Source: an uncultured Clostridium sp. (GTDB lineage: Bacteria > Bacillota > Clostridia > TANB77 > CAG-508). Taken from it: a DNA stretch of 59,501 nt. The stretch covers positions 1 to 59,501 of the forward strand of contig CAZUAJ010000002.1 of NCBI GenBank assembly GCA_964618105.1, read 5' to 3'. Position 1 is the first letter of the stretch, and each line of letters opens with the position of its first letter. This document shows, in pieces, positions 1 to 10,800 of the stretch. The notes under the pieces were generated by a model that saw nothing but the letters and a program-made list of their open reading frames with translations, was not told the DNA's origin and made no database searches. A program made the position numbers and the translations under genes.

Positions 1-410
1 ACCCCTGATTTATAGTTTGACACTACTTTTCCTAAATATTGACCTACATTTTGTTTTGTTAATGTTACTTCTGAACCACCTATTGTTACTTTTGGTGATT
101 GGTCTTCTGGTGTTTCTCCGCCACCTGTTGTGTTTCCTCCTGTTGTGTTTTCTTCTTCATTTCCACCTGTTTCACCATTTTCCATTCCGCTTAATGCTTC
201 ATCTAGCCAATTAATTAAACTACTAATTTCATTTTTATCACTTTCTATTGCATTTTCCATTTTGTTTTGTGCTTCTTTTGCTTTTCCTACTATTCCATTA
301 TCTCCTATTATTGCATTTATACTTATTCCTGCTAATATTAAAAGTACCACAATAGTTACAACTAAAGTTATTAATGTAACCCCTTTTTTATTTTTTAGTA
401 TTTTTTTCAT
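1..410 (-). CDS. Prepilin-type N-terminal domain protein (pilin/pseudopilin-like), 5' part only; the gene runs off the left edge
   Basis: Minus-strand ATG at 410 preceded by GGAGAAACAA. Translation MKKILKNKKGVTLITLVVTIVVLLILAGISINAIIGDNG... has a basic leader, Gly, then a about 20-aa hydrophobic helix as in class III signal peptides. A G/T/E-rich linker follows. No stop before position 1. Confidence 0.5.
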   Translation of the reverse strand, partial: MKKILKNKKGVTLITLVVTIVVLLILAGISINAIIGDNGIVGKAKEAQNKMENAIESDKNEISSLINWLDEALSGMENGETGGNEEENTTGGNTTGGGETPEDQSPKVTIGGSEVTLTKQNVGQYLGKVVSNYKSG

Positions 411-449
411 TTGTTTCTCCTTTTCTGCATAACTTTTCTTCATAAATAA

Positions 450-479
450 ATTATATAAGAATATGACATTTAATGTCAA
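450..479 (-). promoter_or_regulatory. SigA-like promoter for the pilin-like gene
   Basis: Minus strand reads TTGACA (479-474), an 18-nt spacer, then TATAAT (455-450), about 40 nt upstream of the ATG at 410. Confidence 0.35.
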
Positions 480-492
480 TAGAAAAACATAG

Positions 493-520
493 AAAAAGTG
501 ACATATTTTGTCACTTTTTT
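493..520 (-). terminator. Rho-independent terminator after spoIIE
   Basis: GTGACA / TGTCAC stem flanked by A-run and T-run (aaaaagtgacatattttgtcactttttt), immediately after the spoIIE stop at 524. Confidence 0.5.
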
Positions 521-523
521 ATT

Positions 524-3025
524 TTATAATTTGCTTATAACTTTTGTAACTATTACAGTCATGTCGTCTTTTTTCATTCCAAATTCATTGTCAATTGCTT
601 CATTTAATATTATGTTTGCTATTTGTTGTGAATCATCTGAATTAATATCTTCTAATAGATATTTTACCCATAATTCTTTATTTATATATTCTGTATTTGA
701 ATCTATTATTCCATCACTGCACATTACTAATATATCACCATCTTCTAGGTCATAATCATATACAATTAAATCATTTTTTGCTATTATTCCTGTTGGAAGT
801 GTATGTGATTTTAGTAATTGCACTTCTTTGTTTCTTTTAATAAAGGTTGGACATGCTCCGTTTTTTATAAACTCCATATTTCCAGCAAATAAGTCTAATA
901 TTTGAATGTCTAAGGTAGTGTACATATCTTCTTTTGTATTTGCTATTAAGCTTGAATTTATTAGTTTTAAAGATGTTTCTTTATCAAAACCAGCTTTTAG
1001 CAATTTATCTAACATATTTATTGCAATTTTACTACTTTGATTAGCTTCTTTTCCTGAACCCATTCCATCACTAATTGCTAATAAATATTTCCCATCATCT
1101 AGTTTTGTTTCTAAATGGCTGTCTCCGGAAACTTTTGAACCTTCTTTTGTTGATGCAGCTACACCAATTTGCAATTTGTAATTATCTTCAGAATAATATG
1201 TAAATTTACAATTGTTTATTTCTTCTCTTATGCCACAATTTTGAGCTTGTATTACAAATTTGGTTTGTAGTACTTTTTCTAATATTTTTGCTATTTTTTT
1301 AATGTTACATTTTTTTCCTTCTATGTCATCACATAATTTTGTAAATACATCTACAAAAAAACGTCCTGAAGCATTTTGTTTTATTTTTATATCACTTACA
1401 TCAATTTCTTTTTGCTTTAATAAATTTAATATTTCTTTTTTTTGTGTTTCATAAGGTGTTTTTTCTTCTTGCTTTATTTCTTCTGCCATTTTTGATATTG
1501 CTTCTGAAACACCTTCTAGTTGTGAAGATACATTTTTCTTATTTTCTTGCATTTTCATTTTCCAAATGAAATTTACCTTACTTACTCTATATGCAGAATT
1601 TATTGCTTTTATCATTTTAGATATATCATTTTCTGTTTGTGTTCCTTTTTTATTAAATCCTACTATGTATAAATTATGTTTTTCAAAAATATTTGCTAAT
1701 TCTTTTTCAGTAATTATTTCATTTTTTAATAAAAATTCAAAAATTTCATCTACAATTCCACAATTGTTTTCACAAATATCGTTATAAAGTAAGTTGTTTT
1801 CTAGTTCTGAAATATTTACATCTAATTCTTCTTTAAAAATTTGCTCATTTGATAATTCTTGTGCATTAACATCTTTTTCTTCTAATACTGTACTTGCAGC
1901 TTCTTCATAGCTTTTAGCTAAATCTGCTATTGTTTCTGACATACTATTTAATTTAGTTATAGTTTCTTGATTTGATGTTAATGCTCTTGTTGTAGTTTCT
2001 GGTAATAACTTTTCTTTTCCATATAAATCTTGTATGTCAATTTTAAATCTTTTTGGAACAGCAAGTAAGCCTAATGATGCTATTAGAATTTCTTGTATTA
2101 ATATAATTGATGAAGTATTTCCATTAGCCACATAAGTTAATATTACATTACCTATTATAAATCCTATTATAACACCAATTTTGCCAAGCTTATAAAATAT
2201 TCCTGCTATTAAACCTGATATTGCATAAGAAGCCACCATTATTGGCTCATTGTTTGCAATTATTCCAAGTACAGTGCCTATTGTTATGCCACTTGTTGCA
2301 CCAACTAACATTCCGTTTTTCCAGCCTAATATTAATACTAGCAAAATGCTTAAAATGTTTCTTATACTGTAACCAAATATTTTTAAGTCTTGAAATGCAC
2401 AAAATGTAATTGCTAATAACAAGCTTGTACCTATTACTTCTTCTATTGAAAATGCTTTTTTTATACCAATTTCTTTTAACATTGGTATTGAGTTTGTAAA
2501 TATTTTATAAAATACATAGCTTGATATTGCAAGCATAACACTTGTTAACAAATCATAAATATAAAAATTTGTAAAAAGCATTGGAACAACTTGTACTAAT
2601 AGTACTGCAAAAAATAAATGTGGTCCCATTTTTGATTGCTCATTTATACTATCTTGTTCTTTTGGTCTTTTAATTAAAACTAATACAAAGAATACAAGTG
2701 TTGTTAAAAAATATGTTAATAAGCTATTTGTTCCAAATGAAATAAATGTACCTAATAATGTTAATATATAACTAATTCCAATTGGCATACGATTACTTAA
2801 CATTGCTGTTAGAAAGCTAATTGCAAATGGGCTTAAGCTTAGCATAATGTTTTGACTATTAAAACCTACCATTGAAATCATAAATGATATTATATAAATA
2901 GCAATATTTTGCACACTAAAAAGATTTGTTAATATTTGCTTAACAGACTCCTTATTGTTATGTTTATTTCCTTTTTCTATATTATTAAACACTTTTTTAC
3001 CACCCCTACTTTTTTTAATTTTCAT
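524..3025 (-). CDS. spoIIE: Stage II sporulation protein E (membrane PP2C phosphatase)
   Basis: 833 aa. The N-terminal about 330 aa contain many hydrophobic helices. The C-terminal PP2C/SpoIIE domain has ISDGMGSGKEA and VMCSDGI motifs. Confidence 0.85.
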   Translation of the reverse strand: MKIKKSRGGKKVFNNIEKGNKHNNKESVKQILTNLFSVQNIAIYIISFMISMVGFNSQNIMLSLSPFAISFLTAMLSNRMPIGISYILTLLGTFISFGTNSLLTYFLTTLVFFVLVLIKRPKEQDSINEQSKMGPHLFFAVLLVQVVPMLFTNFYIYDLLTSVMLAISSYVFYKIFTNSIPMLKEIGIKKAFSIEEVIGTSLLLAITFCAFQDLKIFGYSIRNILSILLVLILGWKNGMLVGATSGITIGTVLGIIANNEPIMVASYAISGLIAGIFYKLGKIGVIIGFIIGNVILTYVANGNTSSIILIQEILIASLGLLAVPKRFKIDIQDLYGKEKLLPETTTRALTSNQETITKLNSMSETIADLAKSYEEAASTVLEEKDVNAQELSNEQIFKEELDVNISELENNLLYNDICENNCGIVDEIFEFLLKNEIITEKELANIFEKHNLYIVGFNKKGTQTENDISKMIKAINSAYRVSKVNFIWKMKMQENKKNVSSQLEGVSEAISKMAEEIKQEEKTPYETQKKEILNLLKQKEIDVSDIKIKQNASGRFFVDVFTKLCDDIEGKKCNIKKIAKILEKVLQTKFVIQAQNCGIREEINNCKFTYYSEDNYKLQIGVAASTKEGSKVSGDSHLETKLDDGKYLLAISDGMGSGKEANQSSKIAINMLDKLLKAGFDKETSLKLINSSLIANTKEDMYTTLDIQILDLFAGNMEFIKNGACPTFIKRNKEVQLLKSHTLPTGIIAKNDLIVYDYDLEDGDILVMCSDGIIDSNTEYINKELWVKYLLEDINSDDSQQIANIILNEAIDNEFGMKKDDMTVIVTKVISKL

Positions 3026-3195
3026 ATATTTTAGTACAATATTTCTAAAATGTTTGTCGTTTTTGGTATGAAAATAAAAAAAGTTTTCTATCTTTTTTGC
3101 TATCTTTAGTGTTTTTATTTGCTTTTTCTCTTTTATATTTTATATTTTACATTATTTTTATTTGTTTTTCAATATATGAAAATATATTTTAGCTT

Positions 3196-3238
3196 AAAAA
3201 AGAAACCTTATAGGCGTTTGCCTATAAGATTTCTTTTG
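3196..3238 (-). terminator. Terminator after the adhesin gene
   Basis: agaaaccttataggc-gttt-gcctataagatttct hairpin followed by a U-run on the minus strand. Confidence 0.55.
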
Positions 3239-3241
3239 ATT

Positions 3242-6200
3242 TTATTTTTTAAGAACCTTTTTCTTAATTATAATTATTCCTACTGATAATAATGCAAATA
3301 CTGCAACTCCTACACCTAAGTATAAGTAAGTTTGACCAAATGGTGGTAAAATAATTATTTTTTCTGCTTTTGCAGAATCAACTTCTGCTGGTGCTTCATT
3401 TGGTTTTTGGTTACCTACTATAGAGTATGCCATTCTTCTACCTACTGTATTAGAATATTGAACAATTTCTGCAATGTTATCATAAGTCATATCATCTGAA
3501 GTGTTTTGTGATGTAATAGTTTGTGTTAATACTAATTTTTCACTTGTTGACTCTTTTGGTGATAATTTTTTATTTAATTTTTCTGTTTGTATAATTGTAG
3601 TATTATTTATTGCATTTTTTACATCATCACTTACATTTAAACTGTCTTTTGATGCAATTTGCCAATTTGAATTGTCTACTTCTCTGTATTGTAAATTGTT
3701 GCTTACATAATCTACTATTATATCTCCTGAAGTTTTTACTATATCTCCTGATTTTACACCTTTATAGTAGAATTCTTTTCCTGTGTAGTCTGTTTCACCC
3801 ACATTTTGTAATGTAAATTTGTATTCTATTTTAATTGTTGCTCCATGCATTAATTCTGAGTCTACAATAGCTTGAATTAATCCGTTTTTTCCGCCTGTAT
3901 ATAGTGAACCTACTAAACTATTTACATCATTTTGACTTGCATTATATTTGTATGCACTATTATATGATTTATAATATTTTGAGTTATTTATTAAGCTATA
4001 GTTTTTGCCTTTTGTCCATGATAAGTCTGGTACTGCTTCTTTTGCATCATATAATATAGTTCCATTAGCTAGTGTAATTTTTACATTTTCAACATGTTTA
4101 TTTAATTCTAATTGAGCTTTTGGTCTTTCTGTTAGTCCTAAATCAACATCTTTAATGTGATAATTATTTTCTTCTGTATTTGTAATTATTCTATTATATT
4201 CAACTTCTATTGAAATTACTCCAGTTTCCGCCTTCATTTGAGTATTCTTATTTACACTTGTTGAATTTGCTAATGTTTGAGCTAATTGATTTGTAACTCC
4301 ATGGTAATTATTACTGCTATATTTGTTTACGTCTTCTCTATAACTCCAAATATCTTTTGCATCAGATACTAATTTTTCATTTGATTTTTTAATGCTATAT
4401 CCATAGCTTCCTGATGTATTTTGATTTTCAGTATCTGTGTAACCAGAATATACTTTTTTACCTAATTCTTGTGCTGCACTAATTATTTTTTCAGATGCAT
4501 CTTCAAAATTTGTTCTACCGTTTTGGTCTATACCTTTTTGATATATTGTTGATTTGTAATCTTGACCATTGTATTTTGCATTATATTCTCCACCATAAGT
4601 GAATCTTATAACATAGTCCCCTGGTATATAATCTTCAAATAAATAAGTACCATCTGAACTTGTTTTTTGTTGGTTAGTATTTCCTAGTGTCGTTGTTTTC
4701 CAAATATATTCTTGCCCATTTGCTAATTTTTCTACTAATTCAACTTTTATGTTTTCTATACCAGCATTTTTTTCATTTCTTATGCCATCACCAATTATTG
4801 ATTCACCAACAACTTCTGTTCTTAAGTCTTCCCATACAGTACCATTTATTTTTCTAGTTTTACTTTCATCATAGAATACTCTTAGTCCTTTTGCTCTATC
4901 TGTATCGTCTTCATATTCTTTTTCGTTTTGTAAATCATTTTTATCAACATTACCTGGTACAGAGTCTATATCTAATAGCCCGGCATAGTCTTTTGAGCCT
5001 TTTACAACTTCATTTGGCAATTCAGTATTATCTTCATAATATGATGTATAGCCATTAATTTCTGCAACATTAAATTTTGCTTCATTTTCATTTTGATCTA
5101 AAATTACTTTTTCATTTTCTTTATTTACTTGGAAAGTTAAATAAATACATTCTTTTTCTCCTGCTGCTAGTTGTTTATCTTTTAGTCCATGAACATAGAT
5201 TACACCATTTTTTTCGTCGCTGTCCACATTTTTAGCATTTGAAATATATTTTAAATCTTCTTTATCCATTGTTTTAAAGTATTCATCATTGCTAAATGAA
5301 TTGTTGTCATAAGTTACCCATGATAAGTCTTTTCTGTATTTATAGTCACTATCAAAGTAGTCTGCTACTTCATCAATTGTATTTAAAATACCTCTTGATT
5401 GATTTCTAAGTGTAATTTTGTATGTTATAAATACTTCTAACGCTTTTCCACCATGTCCTTGTTCTCCATTATATTGTGCATTTGGATCATAATTCCAGTC
5501 TGTTTTAAATACTTCTCTATTATAGCTTCCATTATAATAACTTACATCAGATAGTCTTACACTTATGTCCCAATTATTTTCGTCATTATCATTTGCTCTA
5601 TTGTATGTATATATTTCGGTCTTTCCATTTATTTTTGTGACAGCTCTAAATACGTCTTTCTTTAAGGCTATGTCATTAATTTTTCTTCTTACTAGACCTA
5701 AATCAATATAAAATTGACCCGGATAAAGTGGTTTATATACTTTTGATCCAACTACAACATCTGACATATTTGAAAATTGCGCATTTCTAGCTTCCGAACC
5801 TGTTGAAAAACTTTCTTTTGAGTTTATAACAAATTCATCATAATATGGATATAAATCAAATCCGCCAACATTTTCAACCTTTCTTGATTTTGTATATGCT
5901 AAAATTTTACAATTGTTTATAAATTTTTCTTGATCTTTGTCTGGTTTTTTTGTTGCACTATTTAATTCATTTGTTTCTACTATTATTCCATTTTCTATTG
6001 CAAAGAAACTATCAATTACACCGTCTTGTACTAATTGTTGCATTGAATATACTTTTCCACCCTTATAATTATTGGGGTAAGCATTGATTTTTGAGAATTT
6101 TTCATTTAATTCTTCTCTTTCGGAATCTTTTTCAGTAGCTTTTGATGTAGTTAGCCATTGACTTGAATTATATTCTGGTCGACTATATGTTGTTGGTACA

Positions 6201-7802
6201 TATAATTGTCCATTATATTCAAATGTTACATAATATTTTTCTTGAGAATCAAGGTCATTAAATATGTAACAACCTGTTTCATCTGTTAAAGTTTCATTTA
6301 CTTTTTTATTTGATGAATTATATATTTCAACTTTAATATTTGGTAATGCAACATCATTTTTATCTCCACTTACGCCATTATATGGTGTGTTTTGCTTATC
6401 ATTCAAGCCTCCATCTACCCATACATATCCTGCTAAATCCATTGTAAGTTTTTGCTCTAATTCTAGTTCAAGCTCTTGTTCATAAAGTTGTCTACCTGCT
6501 GTTGCTGACATTAGCCATTGTTGTTGGAATTCATCCAAATAACATGTTGTTTTACAGCTATAATGATCATAATCATAACATGAAGATGTACAGTTACCTT
6601 CTTCGTCATCATTATGTATTGGGTGATAGTGATCTTGTTTCTCTGCATGAGCATAAGATACAATATATTTAACTCCACGTAATTTCGAATAATTTCCTTC
6701 TGCAACCATATATTGGAACTTTACTTTTATTTTTATTTTGCTAACAAAATTTTTATCGCTAGGATTTATCCCAGCATTTGGATTTTCAAATATTATTTCA
6801 AAATCTTGATCTGGTTCTGGATATACTTGCTCTGTTTCATCAACGAGCATATTGTCTGCTTCAAAAAATTCTGGTTCTTTTTCTTCTGTTCCTATAACAA
6901 ATTTTTGTATATCAATTCTTTCTTTTACTATATCTCCGCTTTTATTGTAACCAATTACATATATATCTGATATTCCACCAAAAGCAATGTTTCCATAAAT
7001 TCCTGTTGTATAGCTTAAATTTAATGGACCAACTGCATAAGTTTGAGAAGCTGAGTCAACTTTTGTATATACATCATCTATATTTGTATTATCTTCTGGA
7101 GCTAATCCTTCTTTACCCGCTTCTTCATTTTTTAATATTTCATCATAATATGTTGCATAATCTATTGCTTCTTTGTCATATATTGATGGTCCATCATGTC
7201 GTGAACCCCAGCCTTGTATAATTAGTCCCCAGTCAATTGTTTTACCATTTACTTCTACTTTATTTGTATTCCATAAAGCTTTTTGTTTTTCTTCACTCCA
7301 TTGACCATTTGGTTCTTCTGAAACTATGTATGAAACTGCTGGTGATAAATCCCCGCCACCATAATCTTTATATACTGGTGGTGTTTTATATCCTTCTCCA
7401 ACTGTTGAAGCACAGCCACAGCTAGATTCATAAGGTTTTTTTCCGCCGCCTGGTGTATGTGCTTCATATTCTAAAGCACTATAATTTCCGTTATACCTTT
7501 GGCTATATCTAATGTCATATCCGCCATCTTAAAGGAGAACCTGGGTTTATACAATATATTTCAAATCCACCATAGGTTGGAAGTTCAAAAGAATTCATAT
7601 TTTCTGGTAATGCTTCCCATAAACCTGTTTCAACACTTTTTAGCGGATAAGAAAGTTCTTCTACAACAGAACTTGATGATACTGTTCCTTTTCCATTTTT
7701 TACTTCTGCTTGTACATCATTATTAATAAAATAGAATAAACCCAAGAATATTGCAATTGTCATTATGTTTGTAAAAACTATTTTTATAATCTTACCCTTC
7801 AT
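3242..7802 (-). pseudogene. Giant cell-surface adhesin interrupted by a 1-nt frame disruption near 7515-7531. Has signal peptide, candidate thioester (TQXA-like) domain, SdrD-B/Cna-B-like domains and a C-terminal membrane anchor
   Basis: The 95-aa ORF 7515..7802 has a signal peptide (IMTIAIFLGLFYFINNDVQA) and ends ...FEIYCINPGSPLRWRI*. The next frame is open without any stop from 7528 to 3242 (I translated 6850-7528 by hand: DGGYDIRYSQRYNGNY...EEKQKALWNT...) and is continuous with the 1202-aa ORF. Total length 4561 nt = 3n+1. Repeats such as GTYLFEDYIPGDYVIRFTYGG are SdrD-B/Cna-B-like. The C-terminus is ILPPFGQ + hydrophobic stretch + KKKVLKK. Confidence 0.7.
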
Positions 7803-7819
7803 GTTTTTCTCCTTTCTTT

Positions 7820-10800
7820 TTAATTTTTATTTAAAACTCTTTTTTTAATTTCAAATATACCAAATCCAATTATTGCCACAACTGCTAACATAAGCACAAC
7901 ATAAAATGTTATTTGAGCTCCTGTTACAATACCTATTACAATATCTGCTTTTGACATATCGTCTTCATCTTCTTGTTTATTTGCTATTGTTGAGTCTATG
8001 TCTTTTAGACCTTGTTCATTATAGCTTTCATATATTTCTGCATTATTGTTTAGTATTCCAATACTGTCTTCTGTTATTTGTTTTAATAAAATTAATGTAA
8101 CTTCTTTAGATTCACCTGGATTAATAACTGTATTTTCTAAACTTGTATTATATACATTTCCGTCTTTTGCTAAATACCAATCTTTGTTTAATTCTGTGTT
8201 AAATACAACTCCTTTTGGTAAATAGTCAGCTATTTTTTTTGCATATCCTGCAACTCCGCCTTGATTTGTAACAACAATTTTATATTCAATAACAATACTG
8301 CTTTTTCCAAGGTTTTGTTTTAATACTTCTATTTTAGTATTTTTTACATCATTGTATTCGAATGTTTCTGTTCCTGATGTTGGAGTTGTTCTTGTTATTT
8401 TAGTAATATATTTGTCTAATTTTAAGTCAAATTTTTCTGCCACATATACACCAATGTCTATATCTCTTATATTGCTATTTGTTATTTTTATTGAATCAGA
8501 TATACCTACTATTGTTTTTACACCATTTACAGTCATATTTATATCAATTACATCTGAATTAAGTGTTTCGTCTACACCTTTTTTCTTATATTCTGTAAGG
8601 TTGTAAATTCCATTTCCATAATCAAATATTACAAAGTACTCATTTGGTAGTAAATTATCAAACTGATATTTTCCTTGACTATCTGTTGTTGTTATTTTTT
8701 CTGCATCTGTTTGAGTATCTTTTACAATTTTACTTGTTTTCTTATATGCAAGCATTACTTTAATGTTTGATAGTAGTTCTTCTTCTTCATCTCTCATGCC
8801 GTTTTTATTACTGTCAATCCATGCTGTACCTGTTATTTTATATGTACTTGTTGTTGGATTGCTTGGATTACTTGGAGTGGTTGGCAATTTGTGTGCTTCT
8901 TCATTATATTCTATTATATTAGTTACAGAATTTGTTGCTGTTTCATTCAATCCATTTGCACTAATTAAAACATTATTAATTATTTGTTTATCATTTTTAT
9001 CTGGTAATAAATTTGCTTTTGCTATTATTTTTATTTCTTTACTTTCACCAACTTCTAAACTTGTGATTGTAATTTCCACTTTTCCATTATTAAGTTTATT
9101 TGTTTTTTGTTCTTTTCCTGCATATTCATATATTGCTTCTTCAAATGTTAAACCTTCTGGCAAGCTATCTTTTATTTTTATATTATTAATGGTAGATTTA
9201 CCACTGTTTGTTATTTTAAAGCTATAAGTAACATTTTCTGTTTCTTTTATATATTTAGGTGTTGATGTTAACTCTGATATTTTTAAGTCTATAATTTCTA
9301 ATGCATATTCAGAAATATTAGAATAATGTTCTTCAGTTCCTTCTGCTTTAGCTTTTGCCATTAAAGAAATGTTTCCTTCAAATTTTTCTATTCCAATATT
9401 AAGCATAATTACTTTTTTAATATCTATAGTATCTATTTTTATTGTTAATACATTAGATGTTTTATCATAAGTTATACCTTCAGTAGTGCCATTTTCTGAT
9501 GACCAACTTTCTTTAATAATTGCATCTTTATATGTAGTTCCTTTTGGTAAAGGTATTGTTATTACTGTGTTGATTAGTTTACCACTTCTTGAAATGTTTT
9601 TTACATTTATAGTGTATTCTATACTTTCACCGTTTTTTAGTACAATATCTTCTGCTATATTACTAGACATATTAATTTCGATTTTACCTTCTTGTAAATT
9701 AATAGTACATTCATTAGAAGGAATTTCTCCTTCTAGTCCATTAGAAGATACATATATTTTGTTGCTAACTACTTTTGGGAATCTTGTTTTTTCATTTAGT
9801 TCTTCTTTTGTTATGTCTTCAGCTGTTGAAAGTGCTGAACTTTTATTCATTTTTAAATAATAACAAATTTCCTTACTTTCACCAACTTTTATTGTACCTA
9901 TATTGATAGTTTTTGTTGTATCATCAATTTCAAAAAATCCATTTCCTGTAACATAGTCTATAAATTTAGTATATTCTGGCAATGGAATTCTAACTTTGGC
10001 ATTTGTTGCATCTAAGTTCCCAGTGTTTTTTATAGTTGCTTTCATTTTTACAATTTGGCCTTCTCTTACAGTTTCTGCTGTTGATTTTAATTCTATTGAT
10101 AATTCTGGGCCTGACCCTGTTGTTAATTTTACTATAGGTGCGGTTTTTGATTCAAATATTTCACCAAGTGTTGAAATATTTGTATAATATACTTTATACA
10201 CTTCATTTACTGTATTGTTATATGTAATACCTTCTGGTATTTCAATTTGATATATTATTTCTAATGTTTCTCCATTTTTCATTTCATAGTCATTTAATAC
10301 TATCATGTATGATTGTACATTTGCTGTTTTTTCAGTATTCCAGTTATTGCTTTCATTCAATTCTTTTGTTGCTTCTGCATTTTCTGAATAATAAACTGTG
10401 TATTTTGAAGTGTCTATTCCTTTTAATGTTACATTTCCTACTAATTTTGTACTAAATGTTGAACCTAGTTCTTTTTCTGTGTCTATTTCCTTATTGCCTT
10501 TTACTGGTATTCTACCTAATATTACAATGTCTTTAATATTATTGTTATAATTATTTATTACTTTTCCAGTAATTGTTGCCGTTCTTTTTTCTGTATAAGT
10601 TTTTATTGTTCCTGTTATTCCTTCATTTGATATTGACAATAATTCTTTTTCACCTTTTGCATAATTTGAAACACCATTTGCAGTAATTATTCCTTGTGGT
10701 GCTACAAAGTTTAATTTTGTTTCAACTGTTCCTTTTGCGTTTGTAGCAACATCATTTGAATTTACATATTCCATTGTTATTTTGTTTTCATTGTTTGGTG

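Noticed and set aside
3050-3060. Spo0A-like box (TGTCGTT) upstream of spoIIE
   Set aside because: It has one mismatch to the consensus and lies only about 30 nt from the start codon, leaving no room for a promoter downstream of it. The evidence is insufficient.
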